Source of the DNA: Candidatus Doudnabacteria bacterium RIFCSPHIGHO2_01_FULL_46_14
GTDB taxonomy: Bacteria; Patescibacteriota; Doudnabacteria; UBA920; 2-01-FULL-46-14
Reading direction: 5' to 3'
Assembly (NCBI GenBank): GCA_001779925.1
Contig: MFEK01000016.1
Coordinates: 464 to 43,339 of the forward strand
Length of the DNA stretch: 42,876 bases
Shown: piece by piece, positions 1 to 9,768 of the stretch
Position numbering within the stretch: the stretch's first letter is position 1
How the letters are laid out: each line of letters begins with the position of its first letter
Position numbers and translations under genes: made by a program
Notes under the pieces: model-generated
Databases searched by the model: none
The model's input: the letters and a program-made list of their open reading frames with translations, nothing else
What the model was told of the DNA's origin: nothing

Positions 1-35
1 CGACAAAAAACACGCTTTACCAAATGCGTGTACAT
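1..35 (-). CDS. 5' fragment of a CDS running off the window (MYTHLVKRVFC...)
   Basis: ATG at 35 preceded by AGGGGG; promoter TTGACA-17-TATTAT upstream on the minus strand. Confidence 0.45.
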   Translation of the reverse strand, partial: MYTHLVKRVFC

Positions 36-135
36 ATCCCCCTAACACACGGATTATTTAGGTAGTGCTTGTTTAATAGTCTCCTCTCCCGATTGATCGG
101 GATTTGTAAAAAAGCTTAATTATAAAGGTAAAATA

Positions 136-164
136 ATAATACCCTGGATAAATTGATATGTCAA
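136..164 (-). promoter_or_regulatory. sigma70-type promoter
   Basis: TTGACA (164-159), 17 bp spacer, TATTAT (141-136). Confidence 0.6.
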
Positions 165-186
165 GCTCCCGGCTAAATCCCGTCCA

Positions 187-215
187 TTGACAAACCCTTT
201 CAGATTGGCTATATT
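187..215 (+). promoter_or_regulatory. sigma70-type promoter
   Basis: TTGACA (187-192), 17 bp spacer, TATATT (210-215); divergent from the promoter at 136-164. Confidence 0.65.
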
Positions 216-295
216 TTGGAGTCGAAATTGCTCGACATTTTCTCGTCTCGCGCAGCGTAGATAATAACGATCAAAAACAACGGAGGATATAAAAA

Positions 296-631
296 GTGGT
301 AGATCGAAAAGAATTGCTCACTTTAGCTCTTCTTGGGCTTGAGGCCCAGCAAGGCCGCATTATGGACAAAATTGCCGATGTCCGCCGGGAGCTCTCGCAA
401 CTGGCAAAGCCAGCCGCGCCAACGCCCAAGCCTCGGCCGATAAAGAAAAATAAACGCGGCCGAAAATGGACTCCGGAGCAGAGAAAAGCGGCTGCAGAAA
501 GGATGCGGCAAATGAATATTGCTCGCAAAAAACCGGTGCCCAAAAAGCGTAAGCCCATGTCCGCGGCCCGGAAAAAAATTCTTTCCCAAAAGGCGAAAGC
601 CCGCTGGGCAGCAAAAAAAGCCAAGCAATAG
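296..631 (+). CDS. small Lys/Arg/Ala-rich basic protein, probable nucleic-acid-binding (histone H1-like composition)
   Basis: GGAGG SD before GTG; N-terminal coiled coil, then two basic helices (WTPEQRKAAAERMR, MSAARKKILSQKAKARWAAKK); own promoter and terminator. Confidence 0.75.
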   Translation: MVDRKELLTLALLGLEAQQGRIMDKIADVRRELSQLAKPAAPTPKPRPIKKNKRGRKWTPEQRKAAAERMRQMNIARKKPVPKKRKPMSAARKKILSQKAKARWAAKKAKQ

Positions 632-643
632 AAATAAGCCCTC

Positions 644-680
644 ACAAGGGACGCGCCCCGCGCGTCCCTTGTTTCATTTT
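644..680 (+). terminator. intrinsic terminator
   Basis: 13-bp stem ACAAGGGACGCGC/GCGCGTCCCTTGT followed by a T-rich tail. Confidence 0.8.
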
Positions 681-765
681 CAAATTAATTTAAAATACCC
701 TCAGCACCAAAAGCTGAATAAGGGTGAAGCCAGAAAAAAATTCACCGCGCTGTGCGCGCATAGAG

Positions 766-1008
766 CTATTGTGCGCCCTTTACGTTGGTCTTTGTTTGGG
801 TCTGGTGTTCAGCAGTCGGGATATAAGTCGAGATGTTCTCGCGGGTCCTCTTGGAAGCGGCAACCGTGGAAAGGTAAATATAAATATGCAAAAATGTGGC
901 GAAAACCAGGAGGGAGCCGATGATTATCTCAGAGACCGAATAGGTGATGACGATCTTCCCCTGGTGCAGGCCTTTTTTATAGTGTTCTTTCTTAACAAAT
1001 TTGAACAT
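766..1008 (-). CDS. small single-TM hypothetical protein
   Basis: ATG with AAGGA upstream; one hydrophobic stretch (IIIGSLLVFATFLHIYIYL). Confidence 0.5.
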   Translation of the reverse strand: MFKFVKKEHYKKGLHQGKIVITYSVSEIIIGSLLVFATFLHIYIYLSTVAASKRTRENISTYIPTAEHQTQTKTNVKGAQ

Positions 1009-1087
1009 GCTTTTTTGTTTCCTTGTTAATGCTTATTTGCTTTAATAATAAACTATCTCCTATAATTGAGCAAAAGGGTAATACACA

Positions 1088-1465
1088 ATGAACTCCATAC
1101 TGCTCGCGGACGACGATCCCCTGATTGTCGGGTTATATAAAAAGAAGTTTGCCAAGCTCGGCTACGAGGTCGATGTTGCGATTGATGGCGAGGAAGCGCT
1201 GGAAAAGGCCGCGCAAATGAAACCTGGTCTCATCCTTCTCGATCGCATGCTGCCCAAGCTGGACGGCTTGGAAGTTTTAAAGAGACTTCACGCCAATCCC
1301 GAAACCAAAAACATCCCGGTTGTCATCTTGACCAACATGGAAGAGGATCAATCCGTCATCGGGCAGGCCAAGGCTCTCGGCGCGCTTGATTACCTTATCA
1401 AGGAGCGGATTGATCTAAACATGCTGGCCGAAAAGGTCAAAGAAATCTTCGCAAAGCAAAACTAA
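1088..1465 (+). CDS. single-domain response regulator (CheY-like receiver)
   Basis: ILLADDD, ILLDRMLPKLDG phospho-Asp motif, VVILTN, DYLIK. Confidence 0.95.
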   Translation: MNSILLADDDPLIVGLYKKKFAKLGYEVDVAIDGEEALEKAAQMKPGLILLDRMLPKLDGLEVLKRLHANPETKNIPVVILTNMEEDQSVIGQAKALGALDYLIKERIDLNMLAEKVKEIFAKQN

Positions 1466-3152
1466 ACACTGAACCTTTGGCAGGTGTGGATTTTACCCAT
1501 ATCCGGCCATTCATTTTTTCGACAATCTCCTTAACAATAAACAGTCCCAGTCCTGTTCCGGAAATATTTGCTGTCTCTGCGGTCTGGACACGGTAAAATT
1601 TTTCAAACAATTTTTTTTGCGCCTCAGGAGAAATACCCAAGCCCGTATCTTTAATGTGGGTAATAACCTCCTCGCTTAGAATTTCGTGGCTGATCATAAC
1701 CGTACCCGGGCCGGGCGTGTATTTAATGGCATTTCCAATGAGGTTGATGAGCACCTCGCGCAAACGCGCGCTGTCAGCCGAAACATCAGCAAGGGCTTTG
1801 TCGTCATTATAAACCAGCTCGATTTTTTTCTGTTTTGCCAAGGGCAGCAGCTCTTTCAGGGCTTCGCGAATCTGCTCATCAATCTTAACCTTACCAACCT
1901 GGATAGAAAGCCGCCCGGCTTCACTGCGCGCCACTGCCAGCAAATCTTCAACAAGCTGAACCAGTCTCGCGTTGGCCACATTGACCTGGCCGATCATTTC
2001 TTTGACCTCCGCGCTCACCGGGCCCGCGTCCCCGTCCATGACCATAGAAAGATAACCTTTGATAGCCGTAACCGGAGTACGCAATTCGTGGGCAGCTACA
2101 AATACAAACTCTTCCTTCAGTTCTTCCAGGCGCTTTAGCCCGGCAGTCATTTTGTTAAAGGCCGTGCCGAGCTCTTCGATTTCATCACCGGTTTTGATTT
2201 TTATCTCCTGGTCAAATTTACCTTCCGCGACGCGCAATGTCCCCTGCTCAAGGATCTTAATCGGCCGCACCACTCGGTTCGCCAAAAAAATGCTCAACAG
2301 CATGGTAAACAACAGCACCCCCAAAGACACTAAAATGATTTGATTGCGGACAACATTCACAATGCGATCCGCGTCAGCGGCCGGCCATTCCGCCACCAGG
2401 GTTAAACGGAGCCGCGGAAAATCCAATCGGGAAGCGACTACCGGTTCCTGCCAAAAACTCTGATAACGATTAACCCCTTGTAAATCCGGGGCAATAACAG
2501 CTTTTTGCGAAAATTTTTCCGGCTGGCTATGAGCGACCAAAAAACCATTCTCGTCCGCAAGATACACATATCCGCTGTTCCCCAAGCGGCTGCGCCTGAT
2601 GATTTGACCAATCTCGGAAAGATTGACCTCAGCAGTCAGCACGGAAATGATCTCATTGTTGCGGTTGCGCACCGGCGAGGCCAGGGAAACCATGGGTCCG
2701 ACCATAGTAAACCGAACCTCGCTGAGATAATCGCGTCCTTCGGCCGGAACGCGAAATTTTTCTGTCAGGCTTTGATCCAAAAGCTCGTCCGCCGGCAACA
2801 CGTCCTCAGCGTCTCGTTTGAGGAGCGCGGTTTCCCGACCAGAGAGAGCAATAAAAGAAATCTCTTCGATATTAGGGATCTCCTGGAGGATTTCCCGCAA
2901 TAAAAAATGCTGCTGCGACAGCTCGATATCGCTTTTCTGCTCATAGGCGACCTGCAGCAGGAGTGTGCCGGCAATACGATCCAATAACCCCTGGATCTCT
3001 TCTTCCTTTTGGCTCAGGAGGTTATTTTCAATGCTGGCAACATCAGCCTCGTGGAAAAAATTGATGCTGTAAAACGCCGCCAGTCCCAAAATCGCCAAGG
3101 GAATAACGCTGACCATGGCCATCGCCGTAAAAATTTTATTGCGCAGCAGCAT
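1437..3152 (-). CDS. sensor histidine kinase (2 TM, Cache-like sensor, HAMP, HisKA, HATPase)
   Basis: H-box AAHELRTPVT, N-box NLIGNAIKYT, DTGLGI, GTGLGL; HAMP (GDEIEELGTAFNKM). Confidence 0.95.
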   Translation of the reverse strand: MLLRNKIFTAMAMVSVIPLAILGLAAFYSINFFHEADVASIENNLLSQKEEEIQGLLDRIAGTLLLQVAYEQKSDIELSQQHFLLREILQEIPNIEEISFIALSGRETALLKRDAEDVLPADELLDQSLTEKFRVPAEGRDYLSEVRFTMVGPMVSLASPVRNRNNEIISVLTAEVNLSEIGQIIRRSRLGNSGYVYLADENGFLVAHSQPEKFSQKAVIAPDLQGVNRYQSFWQEPVVASRLDFPRLRLTLVAEWPAADADRIVNVVRNQIILVSLGVLLFTMLLSIFLANRVVRPIKILEQGTLRVAEGKFDQEIKIKTGDEIEELGTAFNKMTAGLKRLEELKEEFVFVAAHELRTPVTAIKGYLSMVMDGDAGPVSAEVKEMIGQVNVANARLVQLVEDLLAVARSEAGRLSIQVGKVKIDEQIREALKELLPLAKQKKIELVYNDDKALADVSADSARLREVLINLIGNAIKYTPGPGTVMISHEILSEEVITHIKDTGLGISPEAQKKLFEKFYRVQTAETANISGTGLGLFIVKEIVEKMNGRIWVKSTPAKGSVFSFALRRFL

Positions 3153-3879
3153 TCATTTCCGCAAGCAGGGCGGCATCTAAATAATTATATTTCAAGGGCC
3201 TTCTGCGGCCGCCCCCCATAATATCGGCGGAAAAGGGTTGGTTGGTTTCCAGATCATACTGGTCAGGCAGACCCATAGTGTGCCCAAATTCATGATAAAA
3301 AAGCGTACTTGCAAAATCGGCATACTGCGGATCAGAAAGAAATGCCCGGGAAAGAATCATTGAACCCGTGGTCCCGCTGGCGCCCACGCCCTCATAAATA
3401 ACAGCGATCGCGGTAAAATCTCCGCGGTCTTTTTTCAAAAAATCGACGGCTCGATTTTCAATCTCCGCAGTGATGCGTAGTAAAGCCTCGGGGTTGCCCT
3501 TGTTGGTATTTTCCGTATCATAAAAAATCGCGGGCTGTTTCAGGATAAACGGCTCCGGGAAAATCTTGTAAGAAAAAACTGACTGTCCGTGAAACTGGAC
3601 CTCGTGAAACTTTGCAGCCTCGTCGAGCATAGCAGGCAAAAGATCATGCCAGCCGGGATAAATTTGCGCTGCCCTGTCCTGAGGAACAGCATAAAAAACC
3701 TTGAGTGCGATTCGCTCAAGACTCAGCGCCGGGCTGTGATAAACATGGACCGGGCTGGGACGCAGGGCAAACGGGACGCGAGGAGCCGCAGATTTGTAAA
3801 TTTTTATTCCTGCGGCCGCTGCAATCAGCACGGCACTCAGAGCGATGAGCACCGAGGCGCGGGAACGAAACAGTTTCAT
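3136..3879 (-). CDS. secreted or anchored zinc metallopeptidase (metzincin, M6-like HExxHxxGxxD)
   Basis: HEFGHTMGLPDQY plus Met-turn DIMGGG; N-terminal hydrophobic segment. Confidence 0.8.
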   Translation of the reverse strand: MKLFRSRASVLIALSAVLIAAAAGIKIYKSAAPRVPFALRPSPVHVYHSPALSLERIALKVFYAVPQDRAAQIYPGWHDLLPAMLDEAAKFHEVQFHGQSVFSYKIFPEPFILKQPAIFYDTENTNKGNPEALLRITAEIENRAVDFLKKDRGDFTAIAVIYEGVGASGTTGSMILSRAFLSDPQYADFASTLFYHEFGHTMGLPDQYDLETNQPFSADIMGGGRRRPLKYNYLDAALLAEMNAAAQ

Positions 3880-6764
3880 TGGATTGGGCCGTCATCCGGC
3901 AGGAACAAAAGCTCCGCATCGCTGGCTGTTTTGATCATGGCTGGCGTATAACCGTATGATGTAAATTTCTCAAACGACGGAAAGGTTTTTTTCTTGCCCT
4001 GGGTGATGAGATAAACGGCCGGGCCCGAACCTTTCAGCAATATTCCGTCCGGAAAAATCAGAATTGGGCCGTCAGAATACGAAAAGGAGCGCGGCACAGT
4101 GATGATTTGCGAGGAGGAAACATGCGCCTCAAGCACCGGCAGACTGGTAATACCTCGCTTAGTTTTGTTTTCTATTTTATAAACCGTTGCGCTGTCCGGG
4201 TATTTGATAAAATTGCCGGCAGCATGATAAGACAAAACCTTCACTCCGCTCTCAGGGTAAGCGGCAAGCTCGGGCACGGAAACCGTTTCCACAAGTTCGA
4301 AACGGAAACCAAAACGCTTAAATTCTTCGGCAGAGGTAAAACCATAACGCGATCCGTCATCGAGGATCAAATAAACCGCGCCTCCGCCCGGAGTTTTCAG
4401 CAATGCCCCCGGCCCAAACTTTACAGACTGCCCATCCGGATATAATTCGCTTGGGGAAATCGTGATGATCGGACGCGAAGCAAAATAATGCTTGTAGAGC
4501 TCAAAACTAGGCAAGCCGCGCTTGACACCGCTTTCCAACAGATACACTGTAGGCGAACTGGCGTATTTAACAAGACTCCCATCAGGCCGGGAAGAAAACA
4601 CTGCAGTCCCGGATGGCGGCGGGGCCATGGGCGCAGGCGCAGGACTCGTGATTGAAACAATAGAGACTTGGTTGGTGTTGTTTGATTCATTACCGGCCGG
4701 ATCAACCGCCCGAACCGTGTAATAATAGGTCGCCCCCTTTGTTACAGTGCTGTCGGAAAACTCCATGCCCAAAACCTGCGCAGCCGCGATCTTGCCCAAA
4801 TTCCCGGCCTGCTCTGAACGGTAAACCTTTGCATGGTTGAAATCCTTGGCGGGATTTTGCCAGGAAAGCTTTGCGCCGCCGGCAGTATTGACAACAGCTA
4901 GAGCGCTCGGCGGCGCCGGAGGGGTAACGTCAGCCGGCGCAACCAAAGCAAACCTCGTGAAATGTTTGACGCGCGCGATGACAATATTTTTTTCTTTATC
5001 AATTGTATAATTGTCAACATTCACCCAGACTCCTGCTGCTTCGTCAAAAAAACTCGGAACAAGATCATTTTCACTAATGCCCTGGGCCGCAAGCTCGGCC
5101 TCATCATATGGCAGGATAATCTCCGCCTCTGCCGCAAGCTCGGTAAGCTTTGTTCCGGACGAGTCTTTAACCGTTACTTCATATACAGTACTGACAACCT
5201 GGGCGGGGCCCTGGGACGGCGCTTCCACGGTGGACGCGATTTCTACGCTGATGTTCCCTGAGGAAGAGAGGGCGTCTGGCGGAATGGTAACCTCAGCCCC
5301 ATCGGCGGATCCAACCACTATTTCCTGAGTCGCGGGCTGAACAGCGCTTACCGGGAGAGGCAAAGGCCTTTGCAAATCCTCGACAAGGATGATTTCTACA
5401 AATTGATCAGCTGCGCCCGTGTCCACTATTATTTCATCGGCTTTGTGGGAGATCTGCCCTCGGGATCTGGCGCTGCTGACATGCCAGCGTTCGTTTGGGG
5501 AAATTTGCATGGTGAAGGAACCGCTGGAGTCAGCGCGCCCCTGGGTATAACCGCCCTTTTCCGACCAAGCCCACACAAACGCATCGGTCGGAGTTCCATC
5601 TGCGAGTTTAACTGCGCCCACCAGGGTAATCGCGCTTGCCGCGCTCGGCCGCTTGAATATCAAAGTTGCTGTTTTTGCGGAACCGGGAGATAAACTTATA
5701 GTTTGTTCCGCAGGATTAAAATAACCCAGGCCCGGGGCCAAAGACGCGCGAAGGTAATAATTGCCCGGGGCCAAAGAAAAAACCGTGACTCCGGAAGAGT
5801 CGCTGTAACGAAATGCTGACGGCTTTTGGGAGTTGGGCTGCGAAGCCGCGGCGCTATTTTCATCAATTACCACCGCAGCATTGGCCAAAGGCTGATAATT
5901 TTCATCGACAGTATAAACGCGAATCTCAGAGTTGGTATTTATGATGACAAAATTGGCGCTTTGGTTTTCCGCGATATTGTCCGAGGAAAAAACAACTTCA
6001 ATGTATTTTCCGGAAAATGACCATTTGGCCTGGCGCGGCCGGATAGGGCGGGCAGAGAGCTTCCATTTGCCAGGCCCCAAAACAAGACTGAAAGCCCCGT
6101 TTTTGTCTACCTTGGCGCTGATCCATTTTTGAGTGGCAAGCGAGTAAGCGCCGATTTCAGCATCGGTTATCGCGCTGCCGTCAACGAAATAAATATTGCC
6201 GCTGGCAATTTTTGAGCCAAAAGCAGGAGGCGGGGGCGCCAATGCTGGCGGAACTGCAGCAGGCGGCGTGATCGCTGCTGGCGGCGGAGACGGGGGCGGA
6301 GTTGTACCCGAAGGCGGAAGAACTGGATTTATAATATTATTTCCGGAATTGGCGTCCGCACCGCTCGAATCGGAAGATGTCCCTGAGTTTGATGAAATCG
6401 TAGGGTTGTCAGAGGTAAATTTATATTCTGCGCTATAAGTCTTCTGTCCAGACGCATCAGTGGATTCAACACGAAAATAATAAACCGTATTATAGGCAAG
6501 CCCCGTGAGATAAAAGCAGTGCCTTGTATTTAATATATTTGTAGAACACGAATTGGTTGTGAAACTACCGAGCGCGGAAGATGTAACATCATACCAAACC
6601 CGGGAGGAAGCCGGAACATCAGTATCCCAGGAAATTTGCGCGCCGCTCAACACAATGCTACCCGCCTGCACATTGGAAATCACTGGAGCGGCCAGCACGC
6701 CGCCGACTGCTTGAGCAGAAGAAAACAGACTCAATCCAAGAACGATTGCAATTACTCGTTTCAT
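3876..6764 (-). CDS. large secreted surface protein: FN3-like domains, carboxypeptidase-regulatory-like beta domains, Pro-rich linkers, C-terminal tandem repeats
   Basis: signal peptide MKRVIAIVLGLSLFSSAQA (ATG at 6764 preferred to TTG at 6788); FN3 motifs (YYYTVRAVDPAGNES); four G(S/A/N/I)L(V/L/I)K...VYL/K repeats. Confidence 0.8.
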   Translation of the reverse strand: MKRVIAIVLGLSLFSSAQAVGGVLAAPVISNVQAGSIVLSGAQISWDTDVPASSRVWYDVTSSALGSFTTNSCSTNILNTRHCFYLTGLAYNTVYYFRVESTDASGQKTYSAEYKFTSDNPTISSNSGTSSDSSGADANSGNNIINPVLPPSGTTPPPSPPPAAITPPAAVPPALAPPPPAFGSKIASGNIYFVDGSAITDAEIGAYSLATQKWISAKVDKNGAFSLVLGPGKWKLSARPIRPRQAKWSFSGKYIEVVFSSDNIAENQSANFVIINTNSEIRVYTVDENYQPLANAAVVIDENSAAASQPNSQKPSAFRYSDSSGVTVFSLAPGNYYLRASLAPGLGYFNPAEQTISLSPGSAKTATLIFKRPSAASAITLVGAVKLADGTPTDAFVWAWSEKGGYTQGRADSSGSFTMQISPNERWHVSSARSRGQISHKADEIIVDTGAADQFVEIILVEDLQRPLPLPVSAVQPATQEIVVGSADGAEVTIPPDALSSSGNISVEIASTVEAPSQGPAQVVSTVYEVTVKDSSGTKLTELAAEAEIILPYDEAELAAQGISENDLVPSFFDEAAGVWVNVDNYTIDKEKNIVIARVKHFTRFALVAPADVTPPAPPSALAVVNTAGGAKLSWQNPAKDFNHAKVYRSEQAGNLGKIAAAQVLGMEFSDSTVTKGATYYYTVRAVDPAGNESNNTNQVSIVSITSPAPAPMAPPPSGTAVFSSRPDGSLVKYASSPTVYLLESGVKRGLPSFELYKHYFASRPIITISPSELYPDGQSVKFGPGALLKTPGGGAVYLILDDGSRYGFTSAEEFKRFGFRFELVETVSVPELAAYPESGVKVLSYHAAGNFIKYPDSATVYKIENKTKRGITSLPVLEAHVSSSQIITVPRSFSYSDGPILIFPDGILLKGSGPAVYLITQGKKKTFPSFEKFTSYGYTPAMIKTASDAELLFLPDDGPIQ

Positions 6765-6832
6765 TTTTGTTTTGGTTTCTAAATTCAAAGTTTACTAATA
6801 TAATTATACCACAAAAAAAGAATCTTGGCAAG

Positions 6833-6857
6833 AAAAAACAGGTGGCGCGTGCACCTG
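6833..6857 (-). terminator. probable intrinsic terminator
   Basis: CAGGTG/CACCTG stem with a T-run on the minus strand. Confidence 0.5.
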
Positions 6858-6917
6858 CTAACCCAATGGGATTTGTGAATTGAAAAGTTGTGCCCTAAAT
6901 CGCGCGGGCAATAGAGT

Positions 6918-7532
6918 TTACTTCTTTATGGGCACGTACCCGAGCTCTCTGCAAATAGGAGAGAGAGCCGCCCAATCAGCGTCGGTCAGAGTGCTGCATA
7001 TTCCTGCAATGCTATCTGCAGGTGGATTGGATGGTACCGCGGACTTTGCAGCAGCTGTCGAAGGAACTGCGGAGAGCTGCGGTTCAATACCAAGACCTTT
7101 ACAGAACGATTCGAATCCCTCACCATCATCCGGCACACGATTGCGGCATGCAACCAGTGAGTCGAGCTTAATAGCCTGTTGACGATCCATAAGGTCTTTC
7201 AAAGTCGCCTTGCGCTCTTCGCCGCAAATTCGGTCTGCCTCGGCTTCGAGTACCTTGGCTTTTGCCTCCAGAGAGGGATCGGGGGGTGTCGGCAGTCTCC
7301 CTGCCCAATCACCCAGACGACGCAGACGCTGATTGACTTCCTTATTTTCGGTATAATATTTCTGATTTGCCTCAAAAAGGAAACGTGCGTCCTCGGCCTT
7401 GGCGACAGCGTCGTACGCTTTGCCGGCTGCCGCTTTGCACTTGGGTCCGCCAATAAACGGAATCTTGATCGCAGCTTGTGCAGCGACCGCGCAACCGAAC
7501 ATCATAACTAACACTAACATCAATCGTCTCAT
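6918..7532 (-). CDS. secreted hypothetical protein, Cys-containing
   Basis: signal peptide ending AQA; GGGAG/AAGG SD; own promoter. Confidence 0.75.
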   Translation of the reverse strand: MRRLMLVLVMMFGCAVAAQAAIKIPFIGGPKCKAAAGKAYDAVAKAEDARFLFEANQKYYTENKEVNQRLRRLGDWAGRLPTPPDPSLEAKAKVLEAEADRICGEERKATLKDLMDRQQAIKLDSLVACRNRVPDDGEGFESFCKGLGIEPQLSAVPSTAAAKSAVPSNPPADSIAGICSTLTDADWAALSPICRELGYVPIKK

Positions 7533-7687
7533 CCTTTTGTCTCCCTTAATACGGTCGTTAGATTAGAGTTGTCGAAATCGAAGTTTTGAAAATACTTTAG
7601 AGCAAACTGCGCACAATTTATTCCGTGCAAATCGCTCCAAGTATTTAACTCTACAAATCAAAATCCTCCTGTATCTTGTAACCCAAG

Positions 7688-7716
7688 AGTATAGAGGATT
7701 TTTTGGGTTTTGTCAA
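7688..7716 (-). promoter_or_regulatory. sigma70-type promoter
   Basis: TTGACA-17-TATACT. Confidence 0.7.
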
Positions 7717-7722
7717 CCCTAT

Positions 7723-8298
7723 CTACTGAATGATTTTATCGATGATCCCGTATTTTTTGGCTTCATCCGCAGTCATAAAAAAATCGCGGTCTGTGTCTGT
7801 TTCGATCTTTTTGATTGATTGTTTGGTGTGTTCCGCTAAAATCTTGTCCACCTGGTTTTTGATGCGCATCATTTCTTTGGTCTGAATAGCCACATCGCGG
7901 GCCTGACCCTCTGCGCCACCCATGACTTGGTGGATGAGGACTCGGGAATTAGGCAGAGAAAATCTTTTTCCCGCCGCGCCACTCGCCAAAAGCACAGCGG
8001 CGGCTGAAGCAGCCTGGCCAATGCAAATCGTAGCAACATCAGCCTTGGTATATTGCATGGTGTCGTAAATTGCCAAAGCCGCAGTGACTGATCCGCCCGG
8101 TGAGTTGATATACATTTTGATCTCTTTTTTGGAATCTTCGGCCTCGAGAAACAAAAGCTGGGCAATGATTGTATTGGCCACATTGTCATCAACCGGCTCC
8201 CCAAGAAAAATAATCCGTTCTTTCAGGAGACGCGAATAAATATCATAAGCGCGCTCGCCGAACGGACTTTTATCTATTACCATTGGAATGAGAGGCAT
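7723..8298 (-). CDS. clpP: ATP-dependent Clp protease proteolytic subunit
   Basis: [41 protein letters not shown] motifs. Confidence 0.97.
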   Translation of the reverse strand: MPLIPMVIDKSPFGERAYDIYSRLLKERIIFLGEPVDDNVANTIIAQLLFLEAEDSKKEIKMYINSPGGSVTAALAIYDTMQYTKADVATICIGQAASAAAVLLASGAAGKRFSLPNSRVLIHQVMGGAEGQARDVAIQTKEMMRIKNQVDKILAEHTKQSIKKIETDTDRDFFMTADEAKKYGIIDKIIQ

Positions 8299-8319
8299 TA
8301 TATAGTTCCTTTCTTTATT

Positions 8320-8356
8320 CCCTCCCCCCTGTGGGGAGGGCTAGGGAGGGGGTTAA
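8320..8356. repeat. family A palindromic repeat (hairpin plus G-rich tail), intergenic
   Basis: CCCTCCCC..GGGGAGGG + CTAGGGAGGGGGTTAA; the last 24 nt are identical to 9239-9262. Confidence 0.85.
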
Positions 8357-9186
8357 GTAATTATTTTTTCCGTTGTCACAAATTTTTCCGCCATTTTCTT
8401 CTGAAGCTTCCTTTGAATATCCTTTGGAACCCCGCTTAAATCCATGGGATCTATTTCTCCTGAGTCTAGTTTTTTTCGGATGTTTTCAGGATCAGCATAT
8501 TTTACAAGTCCCGCATCGCCACTAAGTTCCTGGAATTGTCGTGCCAGACGCGCGATAGTTTCAGGATTTTCCCTATCTTCGCGAGATAGGTCACCAATTT
8601 CCTGCCACAACTTGCTTTCCGGACTATTTATAAAATCAGGGTAAACTGCTTCTACCATTTGTTTGAGAGCGGTTATGCGAACGGCATCTGATTCCTTGGA
8701 TGTCAGATCTTTTCTTGCCTGCTCCCAAATCGTTTTCATATCGCCGGTCGGATCAGCGTCCAATCTATCTGCCAATGTGGCAAACGCTTCACCAAGCCGG
8801 TTTTTCCCTTCCATCAGAACTATATCTTCCACTTGGGTTCGAAACGATTGCGGTAAAACTCCCTCTTTAGAGTAGGAGGTGAGAACTTCTTTGGCGTGGG
8901 CAATGGGGTTATTGGCAAACTCGCGCATAGCCTGAATTGTTCCAGGGCGATCTCCCTTAAAATTTGGCGCCTGGATGCTACTTGGCATATTAGCCATTCG
9001 ATCATAAGTTTGAAGCTGATCGCCCTTCCCCCTATAAAGATCAAGAATTCCCGCGACTTGAGCGGCACTGGTAATCCGATTTCGATCTTCGACGGGTATC
9101 TTGGCAATATGCAGCTCGGAAATTTTTTGCGCTTCGCCTTTGAGATACTCTTTGTACCTCGGGTCTTCTTGGTCGTGTGTATTCAT
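8353..9186 (-). CDS. orphan helical hypothetical protein
   Basis: 277-aa open frame with natural composition; no recognisable motif. Confidence 0.75.
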   Translation of the reverse strand: MNTHDQEDPRYKEYLKGEAQKISELHIAKIPVEDRNRITSAAQVAGILDLYRGKGDQLQTYDRMANMPSSIQAPNFKGDRPGTIQAMREFANNPIAHAKEVLTSYSKEGVLPQSFRTQVEDIVLMEGKNRLGEAFATLADRLDADPTGDMKTIWEQARKDLTSKESDAVRITALKQMVEAVYPDFINSPESKLWQEIGDLSREDRENPETIARLARQFQELSGDAGLVKYADPENIRKKLDSGEIDPMDLSGVPKDIQRKLQKKMAEKFVTTEKIIT

Positions 9187-9226
9187 ATTTTTAAATTATG
9201 ATACTTTATTCTCACCCCTTGCTCAT

Positions 9227-9262
9227 CTTCCCCATTCAGGGGAGGGCTAGGGAGGGGGTTAA
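9227..9262. repeat. family A palindromic repeat, intergenic
   Basis: CTTCCCC ATTCA GGGGAGGG CTAGGGAGGGGGTTAA. Confidence 0.85.
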
Positions 9263-9263
9263 A

Positions 9264-9746
9264 TTAACAAGCCGGCAAAATAATCACATAATAATCATCA
9301 GCTGTTTGTCCGAGTTTATCAGGACCCGCGCTCGCCAGATACGACTCTGCGTTTTGACCAGCACCCTTACAGTCATTATCATCATAGCCATAGTAACTGC
9401 CCCAAGGATCCAAATCAATTCGGCCTCCCAGATAAGGGCCTTGCCAATTAGCGCCATCATTAGTCGTTAAAGCATCGATAACCAAAGTCCAACTGCCATT
9501 AAATTTACCTTGGGCATCCAGGCAGTAAGAACATAGATCTCCGCGCGACGGAAGCTCGCCCACGTCCCCTTTGTACGCCAGCATCGCGGTAGATAAGGTT
9601 AGGATATCTTTTTTGGCTTTCGCGAGTTTGGCTTTATCACGGGCTGCGTTGAGCGACACCATAACCACGCTGGCCAAAAGACCGATTACAGAAATAACAA
9701 CCAGGAGCTCGATGATTGTAAAACCTTTTTGATTTTTAATTTTCAT
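9264..9746 (-). CDS. type IV pilin / GspG-like pseudopilin
   Basis: prepilin site KGFTIIELLVV; WQGPYL and DPWG motifs; start moved to the ATG at 9746 (GAGGAG SD). Confidence 0.9.
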   Translation of the reverse strand: MKIKNQKGFTIIELLVVISVIGLLASVVMVSLNAARDKAKLAKAKKDILTLSTAMLAYKGDVGELPSRGDLCSYCLDAQGKFNGSWTLVIDALTTNDGANWQGPYLGGRIDLDPWGSYYGYDDNDCKGAGQNAESYLASAGPDKLGQTADDYYVIILPAC

Positions 9747-9768
9747 TCTCTCCTCTTTTCCCCTCCCC

